The notes: generated by a model not told the origin, from the sequence alone. A stretch of 64,000 bases of DNA from Deltaproteobacteria bacterium (GCA_016177705.1 JACOUT010000005.1:222374-286373), one strand, 5' to 3'; shown: positions 38,999 to 48,457, numbered from the stretch's first letter. A program made the numbers and translations.

Positions 38999-40384
38999 AT
39001 GCGGTCCGCATGGCTGCTCCTCGCCTCCCTGTCGCTCCTGGCAGCGGGGGATGGCTGCCCCCAGGCGCCGGTGGCGCTCGCTTGTGATGATGACGGCGAG
39101 TGCCCGTCGGGAGCCGTCTGCGGCCCAGGCGGCATTTGCGTCGCGGTCGCGGAAGGTGAGGGAGAGGGCGAGGGCGAAGGCGAGGGTGAAGGAGAAGGCG
39201 AGGGTGAAGGAGAAGGCGAGGGTGAAGGAGAAGGCGAGGGTGAAGGCGAGGGTGAAGGGGAGGGCGAGGGTGAAGGGGAGGGCGAGGGTGAGGGTGAGGG
39301 TGAGGGCGAGGGTGAGGTAGATCCGTTTCCCTTCACGCCAGCCCACTTCGTCCCGAGTGACTATCTGCCTGGTCCGTCGGTCGTGGTGAGCTGTGGGCTC
39401 GACTTCAACACTGACCTTGGCCAGTTCTTCGGCACCTGCGCGCCCACCGGCGTGAGCGTTGCGCTCATCAGTCAGGCCGGCGCGCCACAGATCCGCGTGC
39501 TGGCCGTTGACGACTTGGAGATCCGACCCGGCGCCCGCCTGAACGTCTTTGGCTCGCGCGCGCTCTTGATCGCCGCCTACAGCGGCCCCGTGATCATCGA
39601 CGGCACGCTCGACATCTCGGCAGCCCAGGGCTTGGCCGGCGCGGGCGCGAGCTCCGTCACCTGCCAGGCGCACGGCGGCTCAGGCGCCGACGGCGGCAGC
39701 GCCGGCAGTGGTGACCCTGCGGGCGCCGGTGGCGGTGGCGGCGGCTTCGGTGACGCGGGCGGCAGCGGCGGCGGTGCGGTCGGCGTGTCGTCGGCGAGCG
39801 GCGGCAGCAGCGCGCCCGCAGAGGGCAGGCTGCGCGGTGGCTGCGCCGGAGGGCGCGGCGGTCGCACGTTCGGCTTCAACGGCGCGGGCGGCAACGGCGG
39901 CGGCGCCGTCGAGATCTCGGCTGCGGGCGTGATCCGCATCGGCGGCGGCGGATCGGTGCTCGCGCGCGGCGGCGGCGGCCGCGGCGGTGACGACACCCGC
40001 GGCGGCGGCGGCGGCGGCGGCGGCAGCGGGGGCGCGATCCAGCTCGAGGCGTCGACGCTCGACCTGCAGGGCACTCTGGCGGCGACGGGCGGCAGCGGCG
40101 GCGGTGGCAGCAAGGACCAGGACGAGCGCGGCGCAGACGGCGCTGCGGGCTCGATCGACGGCACCGCGGCGTCGGGTGGCAGCGCTGCCTCCAGCTCCGC
40201 CGGCGACGGCGGCACCGGCAGCGGCCTGGTCGGCGAGAGCAAGAACGGCGGCGCGGGCACCAGCACGAACGGCGCGGGCGGCGGTGGCGGCGGCGGCGGC
40301 GGACAGATCGAGCTGCGCGTGCTCGGCGGCTGTACGCGCGACCCCGGGGCCATCGTCGACCCCGCCGTCAGCTCCTGCCCCTGA
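38999..40384 (+). CDS. Cys-rich / (Gly-Glu)~26 linker / Gly-rich beta-helix-like lipoprotein (paralog 2)
   Basis: Signal peptide/lipobox MRSAWLLLASLSLLAAGDGC. (GE)n spans ~39153-39310. The Gly-rich domain is homologous to the protein at 24901-26247. Confidence 0.7.
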   Translation: MRSAWLLLASLSLLAAGDGCPQAPVALACDDDGECPSGAVCGPGGICVAVAEGEGEGEGEGEGEGEGEGEGEGEGEGEGEGEGEGEGEGEGEGEGEGEGEGEGEGEVDPFPFTPAHFVPSDYLPGPSVVVSCGLDFNTDLGQFFGTCAPTGVSVALISQAGAPQIRVLAVDDLEIRPGARLNVFGSRALLIAAYSGPVIIDGTLDISAAQGLAGAGASSVTCQAHGGSGADGGSAGSGDPAGAGGGGGGFGDAGGSGGGAVGVSSASGGSSAPAEGRLRGGCAGGRGGRTFGFNGAGGNGGGAVEISAAGVIRIGGGGSVLARGGGGRGGDDTRGGGGGGGGSGGAIQLEASTLDLQGTLAATGGSGGGGSKDQDERGADGAAGSIDGTAASGGSAASSSAGDGGTGSGLVGESKNGGAGTSTNGAGGGGGGGGGQIELRVLGGCTRDPGAIVDPAVSSCP

Positions 40385-40386
40385 CC

Positions 40387-41334
40387 CTACCGAGGTGCCG
40401 GAAGCTCTACCTGAGCCGTCGCGGCCCGCACCGGCAGCGGCTCGCGCTTCGGTAGGTGGGCGAGCAGCTGCTCCTTGACGCAGCGGGCCTTGGGGCCGCC
40501 GGTGACGTCGTCGAGCTGGATGCGCCCCTCACCGTCGATGCGCGCGCTCGCCTGCAGCGGCGGTCCCTGGAGCGCGTCGCAGGAGGCCAGCGCCTCGAGC
40601 CCGCTGACGCCGAGCCAGCGCGTCAGCACCTTCTCGCCGTCGAGCGTGTCACCAGCCACCTTGACGGTGCGCCGCAGCCCGCCGTGGTCGCCCGGGCCGA
40701 GGCGCTCGGCGCCGCTCAGGGCGGCAAACCAGGGGTCTCGCAGCAGCGCCTCGTCGGAGCGCCTGGTCTCCTCGTCGTCTGCCTCGTCGACGTGGCAGAC
40801 GAGGTCGCGGCACTCGACGCGCGCGCTCGCCGGGAAGAAGGTGCGCACGCGTGCCGCCAACGCCTGGTTGTCTTCGCCGCCCTCGAACTGCTGGTCGAGG
40901 TTGAAGCGCGAGAGCGCGCCGAGGTCTTGGTTCAGCGAGCGCACCATCTGCTTGCACAGGGCAAGCTCGGCGGCCGCGTCGGTGGGCGCGTGTCCGACCG
41001 GCGGTGCCGCCACGTCGACGCCGGCGCCGCGTACGTTGGGCTCGACGCCGCCCACGCTCTGCGGCGTCGGTGCGAGCACGGATGATGGCGCCACCGAGCT
41101 CGAGGGGCGGAGCAGCGCGACGCCGAGCGCGAGCGCGAGCGCGAGGTTGAGCGCCAGGCTGGCAACGAGCGCCTTCAGGTCGATGTCCCCTTCCGAGGCG
41201 CACCATTGTAGCGGAGCTTGGCGAGCGCGAGCCAGGCGCAGTCGGCAACGGCGGCTCGCGATCTCGCAGGTCGGATCCTCCGATCGCCCGACGGACGTCG
41301 CGCCTATGAGCCGGGCGCGATGTGACGCCGACAC
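40387..41334 (-). CDS. hypothetical membrane-anchored protein
   Basis: Strong GC3 bias on this strand and a single TM helix LKALVASLALNLALALALGVALL. GTG start is uncertain. Confidence 0.45.
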   Translation of the reverse strand: MSASHRARLIGATSVGRSEDPTCEIASRRCRLRLARARQAPLQWCASEGDIDLKALVASLALNLALALALGVALLRPSSSVAPSSVLAPTPQSVGGVEPNVRGAGVDVAAPPVGHAPTDAAAELALCKQMVRSLNQDLGALSRFNLDQQFEGGEDNQALAARVRTFFPASARVECRDLVCHVDEADDEETRRSDEALLRDPWFAALSGAERLGPGDHGGLRRTVKVAGDTLDGEKVLTRWLGVSGLEALASCDALQGPPLQASARIDGEGRIQLDDVTGGPKARCVKEQLLAHLPKREPLPVRAATAQVELPAPR

Positions 41335-41357
41335 ACTCTGCAGGCACGGAGGTTGTC

Positions 41358-42428
41358 ATGAGCAGCATGCGCGTCGGCGGGGTGGACATCGAGGAGCTGA
41401 TGAGCCGGGTGGGCGGCGCCATGGACCGCGCGGCGCGGGCGCGCGAGGCGGCCATCAAGGCCGCCGAGCAGGCCAAGGCCGCCGAGCAGTCGGGCGCGGC
41501 CGGTCAAGGGTGTGGGTGCAAGGGGACCGGCGGCGCCGCGCAGAGCGGCGAGCAGGAGCGCACGGCGCAGCGAGCGCCGGTCGACCCGGCGGTGCAGTCG
41601 GGCGCGCGCGCCTGCGCGTCGGGCAGCGAGCAGGTGCGGCGCAACAGCGTCGAGCCGGCGCCGCGCACGCGCGAGCAAACGCTGCGCCGCGGTGACAGCG
41701 GCGAGCAGGTGCGCGAGCTGCAGCGCGGCCTCAACACGCGCGGCGCCGAGCCCAAGCTCGTCGAGGACGGGCGCTTCGGGCCCAAGACCGAGCGTGCGGT
41801 CAAGCGCTTCCAGAAGGAGCAGGGCATCCCCGGCAACGGCGTGGCCGGGCCAAAGACGCGCGAGGCGCTCGGCAAGAGCGAGCGGCCGACCGTTCCGACG
41901 CGCCCCGAGCGTCCCACGGGCCCGGAGCGCCCGACCGGCCCCGAGCGTCCGACCGGCCCCGAGCGTCCGACCGGCCCCGAGCGCCCCGGCACTCAGCGCT
42001 CGGTCAAAGGCTTCCGCGAGATCAATGAGCAGAAGCTGAAGGACATGCTGCCGCCGCAGGCCAAGCACCTGGCGCGTTCGTTCATCGACGCGGGCCGGCG
42101 CCACAACGTCGACCCGGCGGTGCTCGCCGCCATCTCGAAGCACGAGACCGGCAACTTCACCTCGAGCGCGTTTCGCAACAAGAACAACGCTATGGGCGTC
42201 TCGAACGCGCGCGGGCCCATCCAGATGGCCTCGCACGAGGCGTCGATCGACAAGATGGCCAAGCTGCTCGGCTCGACGTCGTCCGGGCCCTACAGGAACG
42301 CGCGCTCCATCGCGGAGATCGGCCGCATCTACGCGCCCATCGGCGCCGGCAACGACCCGACCGGGCTCAACAACCATTGGGTCACCGGCGTCGCGCGCTT
42401 CGCCGACCAGTTCGCGCGCGCGCGCTGA
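41358..42428 (+). CDS. peptidoglycan-binding (PG_binding_1) protein with C-terminal glucosaminidase-like domain and (ERPTGP)5 repeat
   Basis: GGAGG sits 7 nt upstream of the ATG. PG_binding_1 motif in LRRGDSGEQVRELQRGLN...GRFGPKTERAVKRFQ. The C-terminal domain assignment (HETGNF...NNAMGV) is tentative. Confidence 0.6.
   Translation: MSSMRVGGVDIEELMSRVGGAMDRAARAREAAIKAAEQAKAAEQSGAAGQGCGCKGTGGAAQSGEQERTAQRAPVDPAVQSGARACASGSEQVRRNSVEPAPRTREQTLRRGDSGEQVRELQRGLNTRGAEPKLVEDGRFGPKTERAVKRFQKEQGIPGNGVAGPKTREALGKSERPTVPTRPERPTGPERPTGPERPTGPERPTGPERPGTQRSVKGFREINEQKLKDMLPPQAKHLARSFIDAGRRHNVDPAVLAAISKHETGNFTSSAFRNKNNAMGVSNARGPIQMASHEASIDKMAKLLGSTSSGPYRNARSIAEIGRIYAPIGAGNDPTGLNNHWVTGVARFADQFARAR
41893..41985 (+). 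repeat. 18-bp tandem repeat x5 encoding (ERPTGP)5
   Basis: cccgagcgtccgaccggc units seen directly within the CDS 41358-42428. Confidence 0.8.
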
Positions 42429-42977
42429 TCAGCCGACCAGCATGGACGCGGCCAGCTCGGTGGCCGTGCCCTGGTCGCACAGCTCCTCGACGAGCGCGAG
42501 CGAGAAAGCCATCGCCGTTCCCGGTGCACGGCTGGTGATGACGTTGCCGTCCTTGACGACGGCGGTCGAGCGCTGCACGTCGGCGCCGCCGAGCTGCTCC
42601 TCGAAGCCGGGGTAGCAGGTGGCGCGCTTGCCCTTGAGCAAGCCTGCCTTGGCGAGCGCGATGGGAGCGGCACAGATGGCCGCCACGATGCGGCCGGCAG
42701 CGCTGTGCGCCTTGAGGAAGGCCTGCACGCCGTCGTGGTCGCGCAGGCGCGCCGCTCCCGGCATGCCGCCGGGCAGCACCACGAGCTGGTAGCGGTCGCC
42801 GGCGTGGTCGGCGAGCAGCGCGTCGGCCTCGAGCGCCAGGTGATGGGCGCCCACGACGCGCTTCTTCTCCACGCCGAGCACGTCCACCTTGACGTCGGCG
42901 CGACGCAGCACGTCGATGATGGTGACCGCCTCGGTCTCCTCGAAGCCATCGATCAAGAGCACGGCGGCGCGCGACAT
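42429..42977 (-). CDS. DJ-1/PfpI (ThiJ) family protein
   Basis: Motifs VLLIDGFEETE and AICAAP (nucleophile-elbow Cys), plus LVVLPGG. Confidence 0.8.
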   Translation of the reverse strand: MSRAAVLLIDGFEETEAVTIIDVLRRADVKVDVLGVEKKRVVGAHHLALEADALLADHAGDRYQLVVLPGGMPGAARLRDHDGVQAFLKAHSAAGRIVAAICAAPIALAKAGLLKGKRATCYPGFEEQLGGADVQRSTAVVKDGNVITSRAPGTAMAFSLALVEELCDQGTATELAASMLVG

Positions 42978-43153
42978 GGATCACCTCCGATCCCGCCAAT
43001 ACCATCGCCGGCGGCCGGGGGCGTGTGGGCCTCGCCTGCGCCGCAGATCTGCGTGTCGGATCCGGGGAAGGTCCCGGCCGCCTGCGGGAAAGGAGGGGTG
43101 TGGCAAAGCCCGCGCTTCTCTGCGCACCCTCGGCCGGGACCGCCCGGTCCAGC

Positions 43154-44248
43154 ATGGCCCACCCGCCGCCGTTTCCTGAGCTCGTTCGCGCGGCTGCGCT
43201 CGGCTGCGCGCTCGCCGCCGCGCTCACCGGCGGCTGCCTCGCGCACGGCCGGCCGGTGGCGCTCGACGACCAGACCACCGCGCCAGCCGCCGCCCGTGGC
43301 GCCTCGCCCATCGAGTTGCGCGAGAGCGACGTCGAGCTGGTGGTGCAGGGCGAGCCGCTCGACGCCGCCGCGCTGGACGCCACGCGCGCCCACGTCGCGC
43401 GCATGCTGACGCGCCTGCACGGCAGGCCGGCACAAGGGGCGCTGCGGGCGCAGACCCGGCTCACCATCACCACGCCGCGCCCGCCGCTCGTCGTCACCGG
43501 CCCCTACCGGCGCTACGCCTTCGAGATCGAGACCGAGCTGCCTGGCATGCGCGTGGTGCACACCGCGCCGCGCACCGTGCTGGCCGACGACGACGGCCTG
43601 TTCGCGCTCGAGCAATGGGGGTTCTTGGCCGCCGGCGCGCAGGGGGTGCTCTCGCTCGCGCTCGCGGGTGCCGGCATCGCCATCGCCGGTGACGACGCCA
43701 ACCAGGCGACCTCGTGGTTGCTGTTCTCGGCGGCGCCGGTGGCTGCCGGCGCGGCGCTGACGGCGGTGACCGCCGCCGCGCTCTCGGGACACGCCGCCGC
43801 ACACGCGAGCCGGCGCGCCTCGGACGCGCTGCTGGAGACGCTGGTCGAGCATGCCGCCGACGTGCACGACGACCTGGCGCGACGCGGCGAGCAACCGTCG
43901 GCACCCGCCTCGGCGGCGGGCGCCAGCGCCATCACGCTCACGCTGCACGATGAGCTGGCGTGCGTCTCGCGCGTCGAGCTCGAGCGCGACCTGGAGGCGC
44001 TCGTGCCCGCGTCGTCGAGCGCGCGCTTCCTGCTCGAGGCGACCGTGCGCGCGGGCGCCAAGGACGACGCCAAAGAACAGGTGCTGGTGCGGCTGGTGTT
44101 GAGCCGGCCGGGCTCGTCGAGCGCGCTCGCCGAGCGCGAGCTGACCGTGGCGCGCGCCGACTGCGGCACGCTGGCGCGCGCGGTGGCGCGCATCGCCCGC
44201 ATGCAGATCGAGGCGGCCGCGCCGACGGACGCGGGAGGCGCCCCGTGA
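43154..44248 (+). CDS. hypothetical lipoprotein
   Basis: Signal/lipobox AAALGCALAAALTGGC. Its stop overlaps the start of the ECF sigma gene. Confidence 0.55.
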   Translation: MAHPPPFPELVRAAALGCALAAALTGGCLAHGRPVALDDQTTAPAAARGASPIELRESDVELVVQGEPLDAAALDATRAHVARMLTRLHGRPAQGALRAQTRLTITTPRPPLVVTGPYRRYAFEIETELPGMRVVHTAPRTVLADDDGLFALEQWGFLAAGAQGVLSLALAGAGIAIAGDDANQATSWLLFSAAPVAAGAALTAVTAAALSGHAAAHASRRASDALLETLVEHAADVHDDLARRGEQPSAPASAAGASAITLTLHDELACVSRVELERDLEALVPASSSARFLLEATVRAGAKDDAKEQVLVRLVLSRPGSSSALAERELTVARADCGTLARAVARIARMQIEAAAPTDAGGAP

Positions 44249-44817
44249 GCGGCGAGGTGCACGTGCTGCACGTGGTGCCGGGCGGCACCGCGGCGCCGAG
44301 CCCGCCGCCGGTGGCGGTCGACGAGCTGTTCGCGGCGCACGCGCCCTTCCTGGTGCGCACGCTCGAGCGCCTGACCGGCAATCGGGCGCAAGCGGAGGAT
44401 CTGGCACAGGAGGCCTTCCTGGTGGCGCACCGTCGGCGCGCCGACCTGCGCGCCGACGGCAACCCGCGCGCCTGGCTCTACCGCGTCGCCATGAACCTGC
44501 TGCACAAGAGCCGCCGCAGCTTCGCGCGCGAGCTGTTGTTCCTCGGACGCGTGGTCGGAGAGCGCGCCACGCAGGCGCGCGCCGGCGAGCCCGAGCAGGC
44601 GACGCTCGAACGCGAGCGCGCACGGCGCGTGCGAGCGGCCGTGGCCAAGCTGCCGCTGGTGCACCGCGAGGTGTTCGTGCTCTTCGAGCTCGAGGGTCTG
44701 TCGGGCGCCGACATCGCGCTCATGCTCGACGTGCCGGTGGCGACGGTGTGGACGCGCCTGCACCGCGCGCGCGAGGCGTTTCGCGCCACGTGGGACAAGA
44801 CGGAGGCGGCCACATGA
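44245..44817 (+). CDS. ECF-type RNA polymerase sigma-70 family factor
   Basis: Region 2 (EDLAQEAFLVAHRR...AWLYRVAMN) and region 4 (SGADIALMLDVPVATVWTRLHRAR). Confidence 0.8.
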   Translation: MSGEVHVLHVVPGGTAAPSPPPVAVDELFAAHAPFLVRTLERLTGNRAQAEDLAQEAFLVAHRRRADLRADGNPRAWLYRVAMNLLHKSRRSFARELLFLGRVVGERATQARAGEPEQATLERERARRVRAAVAKLPLVHREVFVLFELEGLSGADIALMLDVPVATVWTRLHRAREAFRATWDKTEAAT

Positions 44818-45515
44818 GCGACCCGCGACGCCTGTTCGACGATCCCGAAGCGCCTGCCGAGCTGCGCGCCGCGCTCGCCGCCGAGCGGCACCTGGGCGAG
44901 CAGTACGACCCCACGGCGCTCGGCGCGCGCGTCGCGCAGGCGGTGGCGGCGGGCGCGCCCCTCGGCGCCGGCGCGCTCGGCACCAGCTGGTGGCTTGGAC
45001 CCAAGGCGATGCTCGCCACCGCGGTGGTGAGCGCCGCGCTCGGCGCCGGCGGGCATGCGCTCTACACGGAGTACGCGGCTGCGCCCGCGGCGCCGGTCGC
45101 GCCGACGACGGTGGTGGCGCCCGCACCGGCGGCGCCGGCCGTCAGCGCGCCGCCTGCAGAGGCATTCGCAGCGCCGCCGCCGCCCGCCAAGGCCCCGACC
45201 GTCGCGCAGTCAACGCCGCGCGCGCCGCGTGACGCGCGCGCGCCGGGCGCGCTCGCCGACGAGCTGTCGCTCTACGAACGCGGCGAGGCGGCGCTGGTGG
45301 AGGGCCACTACGACATCGCGGTGCGCGAGCTCGAGCGCTACCTCGGCGAGTTCCCGCGCGGCACGCTGCGCGCGGAGGCGGAGCTGGCGCTGGTGCAGGC
45401 GTTCGCCAAGAGCGGCCGCTGCGAGCGGGCGGACGCGCGGGCGCGGCGCGCGGCGGCGGGGGCGCACCGCGAGGCGCTGCTGGCGGCGGCGGCGCGCTGT
45501 GGCGTCGAGCGGTAG
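44814..45515 (+). CDS. anti-sigma factor (single TM, C-terminal TPR-like region)
   Basis: ATGA overlap with the sigma gene. TM helix ATAVVSAALGAGGHALY and a Pro/Ala-rich linker. Confidence 0.6.
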   Translation: MSDPRRLFDDPEAPAELRAALAAERHLGEQYDPTALGARVAQAVAAGAPLGAGALGTSWWLGPKAMLATAVVSAALGAGGHALYTEYAAAPAAPVAPTTVVAPAPAAPAVSAPPAEAFAAPPPPAKAPTVAQSTPRAPRDARAPGALADELSLYERGEAALVEGHYDIAVRELERYLGEFPRGTLRAEAELALVQAFAKSGRCERADARARRAAAGAHREALLAAAARCGVER

Positions 45516-45572
45516 GGAGCGGCGTTCGAATCGCACGGGGCGCGTTCCGTTCTCATTGCGCGTGCCGTGGGC

Positions 45573-45690
45573 GGGGAGAAGCCCAGGGTTTCTCCCCGCC
45601 GCGGGCGGAGGCCGACGACGTCTCCCTCCCTTCCTCCGTCGCTGCGGCTCCTGCCTCCCTCCGTTCGGCCTCGTTCGGGGGCGGAGGTGG
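45573..45690. repeat. intergenic repeat family, copy C (hairpin GGGGAGAAGCCCAGGGTTTCTCCCC plus CGTCGCTGCGGCTCCTGCCTCCCTCCGTTCGGCCTCGTTC tail)
   Basis: The tail is near-identical to copy B (9665-9712). Lies between convergent genes. Confidence 0.55.
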
Positions 45691-45800
45691 TGGCGACGTG
45701 TTCTTGAGCGTGTCGGGTTTGGGCGTTGCGCTGCTCGCTCCGCGGGCGACGCGCGACTCCGCTCGCCTCGCGGCTTGCTCGCGGCGTTCTCGGCGCTCCG

Positions 45801-46334
45801 CTAGCCCATCATCTGCAGCAGCGTCGTGGTCGTTCGCCAGTTGCGGATCGTCATCTCTTTGTAGATCGGCAACGACACCACGCGCCCCAGCTTGCTCTGC
45901 GTCGCCTTGCTGATCAGGCGCGAGAAGTACAGCACGCCCGCGCCGGCGTGCGCCTGGTCGACGCCCTCCTTCATCGGGACCTTCGCGATCGCGGCGGCCG
46001 CAGTGAGCGGCGCGTTCAGGAAGATCACGTCGTAGCGGTACCTTGTCGACTCCTTGCCGAAGCCCCTGGGCGCGCGCGCCACGATCGCCGCCATCTCCAC
46101 CTGGCTCCGCAGGACCACCTTGGTTTGGCAGTCGAACGTGGCGTGGAGCGCCGCCTCCAGGCGCCGCGCGATCTCCGCTGGCTTCGCCCGAGCGGAGAAG
46201 ACGACGTTTCCGCTCTGGATATACGTCGCGACGTCCTTCAACCCCTGCTCCTCGAAGCAGGCCTTGAGGTCCGTCATCCTGATGATGTGCTTCCCGCCGA
46301 CGTTGATGCCGCGGATCAAAGCGACGTATTTCAC
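45801..46334 (-). CDS. DUF1697 family protein
   Basis: N-terminus VKYVALIRGINVGGKHIIRMTDLKACFEEQGLKDVATYIQSGNVVF. GTG start with GGAG upstream. Confidence 0.65.
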   Translation of the reverse strand: MKYVALIRGINVGGKHIIRMTDLKACFEEQGLKDVATYIQSGNVVFSARAKPAEIARRLEAALHATFDCQTKVVLRSQVEMAAIVARAPRGFGKESTRYRYDVIFLNAPLTAAAAIAKVPMKEGVDQAHAGAGVLYFSRLISKATQSKLGRVVSLPIYKEMTIRNWRTTTTLLQMMG

Positions 46335-46500
46335 GCGTCGACCATACTCCCGCTGCCGTGCTCGTCGGCGGCTGGTCGACGACAGCCTCGACCCGCGCGC
46401 GAGGACGAGCATACCCGTCGGATACTGGAAGAACGCGTGCGCGGCCGGATCCCAGAGGGATCCGGCCGCGCACGCTCGGTCAGGAAGAGCGCGTCGACGC

Positions 46501-47436
46501 TCAGGGCGCGTCGCCCCCTGCCGCAGCGTCGTCAGCGGTCGCCTCCTCCGGCGCGGGCTCGCTGCCGGCCTCACCGCCCACCGGCTCACCCGCCACCGCC
46601 AACACCTGGATCGAGAACCCGCTGATGCCGAGCGACACCGGCGGCTCACCCTCGAGCGGGTTCGGCGACAGGTCGAAGGTGCCGAGCTGGTTGGCCGCGC
46701 CCTCGCGCTCGCCCCAGGCGAACGAGTCGTCGATGTGGAAGGTGACACCGACGTCGACCGCCTGCGGCATCGAGTGGCTCACGTTGACGGCCTCGGGGCT
46801 CAGGAAGGTGACGCGGTACAGGCCGCCGCTGGTGTCGACGACGGCGCCCGGGTACGGCGCGGGCCAGTTGACCGCCTGCGAGGAGTCGAGCGGCATGCGG
46901 AACTCGGACGAGTCGAAGTCGGCGTGGTACTCGCCCTGGGTGCGCGGGCCGAGCTCGCCGTCGTCGTAGTCCGACAGCGCGTAGTCGACCGCCAGGGTGC
47001 CCGCGTGATCGCCGCCCGCGAACGGCACGTGCGCGGTGGCGTCGACGGCGAAGCGGGTGTTGGCCAGCGTGACGCGCATCAGCGGGTAGCTGCCGGGCGG
47101 GATCGAGCCGACGTCGACGTCGACGAAGGTGGCGCCCGCCACCAGGTCGGTGATGATCGGCTGATCGTTTCGCAGCAGCACGTGCGGCTCGGTGTCGAAC
47201 GGCGAACGCAGCAGCTCGACCGAGAGGATGCCGGCTTTCAGCTCCGATGGCGTCTGGCGGCCGAGCACGCCCTCGAGCAGGTTCGGCATGCAGGTCAGGC
47301 AGTCCTCCTCGGCGGTGAGCGCCGCGACCTTGAGGTTCTTGCCGGTGGTGACCGGGGTGAAGGCCTCGCTGCCGCCGCAGGCCGCGAACAGCACACAGCA
47401 CGGGATGAAGGTGACCAACGTCGTCAGGCTACGCAT
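46501..47436 (-). CDS. hypothetical lipoprotein
   Basis: Signal/lipobox MRSLTTLVTFIPCCVLFAACGG. Acidic C-terminal tail. Confidence 0.55.
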   Translation of the reverse strand: MRSLTTLVTFIPCCVLFAACGGSEAFTPVTTGKNLKVAALTAEEDCLTCMPNLLEGVLGRQTPSELKAGILSVELLRSPFDTEPHVLLRNDQPIITDLVAGATFVDVDVGSIPPGSYPLMRVTLANTRFAVDATAHVPFAGGDHAGTLAVDYALSDYDDGELGPRTQGEYHADFDSSEFRMPLDSSQAVNWPAPYPGAVVDTSGGLYRVTFLSPEAVNVSHSMPQAVDVGVTFHIDDSFAWGEREGAANQLGTFDLSPNPLEGEPPVSLGISGFSIQVLAVAGEPVGGEAGSEPAPEEATADDAAAGGDAP

Positions 47437-47655
47437 GGCAGCGCTCTCCTCGTTACGGGTGGTGCGCGAGCGGCAGCCGCTCGACGCGCGTTCTCGTGGT
47501 GAGAACAACCATCCTTTTCCGGAGGAGGCCCGGACCTTCCCTGATCCGGCCCGCAATTCGCGCGGCGTGATCGCGGTCGCGCCTGCCACTGCGCCTGCCA
47601 GAAAGCGAACGCCGCCCAAGCGGGCGGCGTTCACGAACACGAGCGCGGGCTCAGT

Positions 47656-48141
47656 TCACTTCTTGGGCGCGGCCGGCGGCGGCGGCGGGGCCGGCGGCGC
47701 GGCCGGCGCGGGCGCCATCTTCGCCACCATGGCGCCGAAGTCCTTTTGCAGCCCGCCCACCTTGTCCATGGCGGCCTTGACCTTGGCGTCGGCCTGCATC
47801 GCCTTCATGTCGTGCTTGACGGCGGGCCACGCGGCTGCGCCCTTCATCTGGTCCGCTGTCTTGGTGAGCGCGGCGGCGCTCTCCTTGTAGCTGGCCGCGA
47901 GCTTCTTGAGCGCGTCCGCCTCAGCGGTCGCGTTCTTGTCGCCCTTGATGGCGCCGATGAACGCGGCGTGCGCCTCGGCCTCCTCGGCGTAGGCCGACAT
48001 CAGCTCGGCGACCTTGGCCGGCATGCCGGCGGCATCGGCCGTCATCTGGCCACAGGTCTTGGCCGGGTGGTCACCGGCGAGCGCGACCGACACGAACAGG
48101 GCGGCGGTACCGAACACGACGAGCGTTGCGAGCTTCTTCAT
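47656..48141 (-). CDS. small secreted hypothetical protein
   Basis: AGGAGG sits 6 nt upstream of the ATG. Signal peptide MKKLATLVVFGTAALFVSVALA. Pro/Ala-rich C-terminus. Confidence 0.6.
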   Translation of the reverse strand: MKKLATLVVFGTAALFVSVALAGDHPAKTCGQMTADAAGMPAKVAELMSAYAEEAEAHAAFIGAIKGDKNATAEADALKKLAASYKESAAALTKTADQMKGAAAWPAVKHDMKAMQADAKVKAAMDKVGGLQKDFGAMVAKMAPAPAAPPAPPPPPAAPKK

Positions 48142-48226
48142 GGGAGCCTCCTGGCGCGGGAGCCTGCACCCCGGCACCAGTGGCGCACAAGCGCGCGCGT
48201 GCGCCGCTCCCGGTAAAAACCATGTA

Positions 48227-48457
48227 ATGCTCCGTCGCATGCCGATCGTCGCGGGCATCACCACCAACCTCGAGCAGCGCCGAAAGCTGCACGCCGCCGA
48301 CAAGAAGACGCTGCGCAAGTGGGCGCTCGCCAACGGCGGCAAGTCCTTCGCCACCCGCGAGCTGGCGCTCGCGTGGTTGAAGGCGCAGCCGGGCGAAAAA
48401 GACCCGAACACCGCCAGCGCGCCCGGCGCCTGGTTCGGCTTCACGTTCGAGTACTGA
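48227..48457 (+). CDS. small protein with GIY-YIG-like core motif (truncated or degenerate)
   Basis: AGITTNLEQRRKLH resembles the GIY-YIG motif GITTDLERRLKEH. High GC3. The N-terminal beta-strand of the fold appears to be missing. Confidence 0.35.
   Translation: MLRRMPIVAGITTNLEQRRKLHAADKKTLRKWALANGGKSFATRELALAWLKAQPGEKDPNTASAPGAWFGFTFEY

Noticed and set aside
42953-45126. Long minus-strand ORFs (42953-44623, 43513-45126) antisense to the lipoprotein/ECF sigma/anti-sigma operon
   Set aside because: Arg/Ala-rich low complexity. The plus strand carries sigma-70 region 2/4 motifs.
48172-48187. Second sigma-54-like -24/-12 match (CGGCAC-N6-GCGCA) upstream of the small GIY-YIG-like ORF
   Set aside because: Weaker match (-12 element GCGCA, no TT). 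In such GC-rich DNA GG-N10-GC matches are frequent. Mentioned only as a look-alike.
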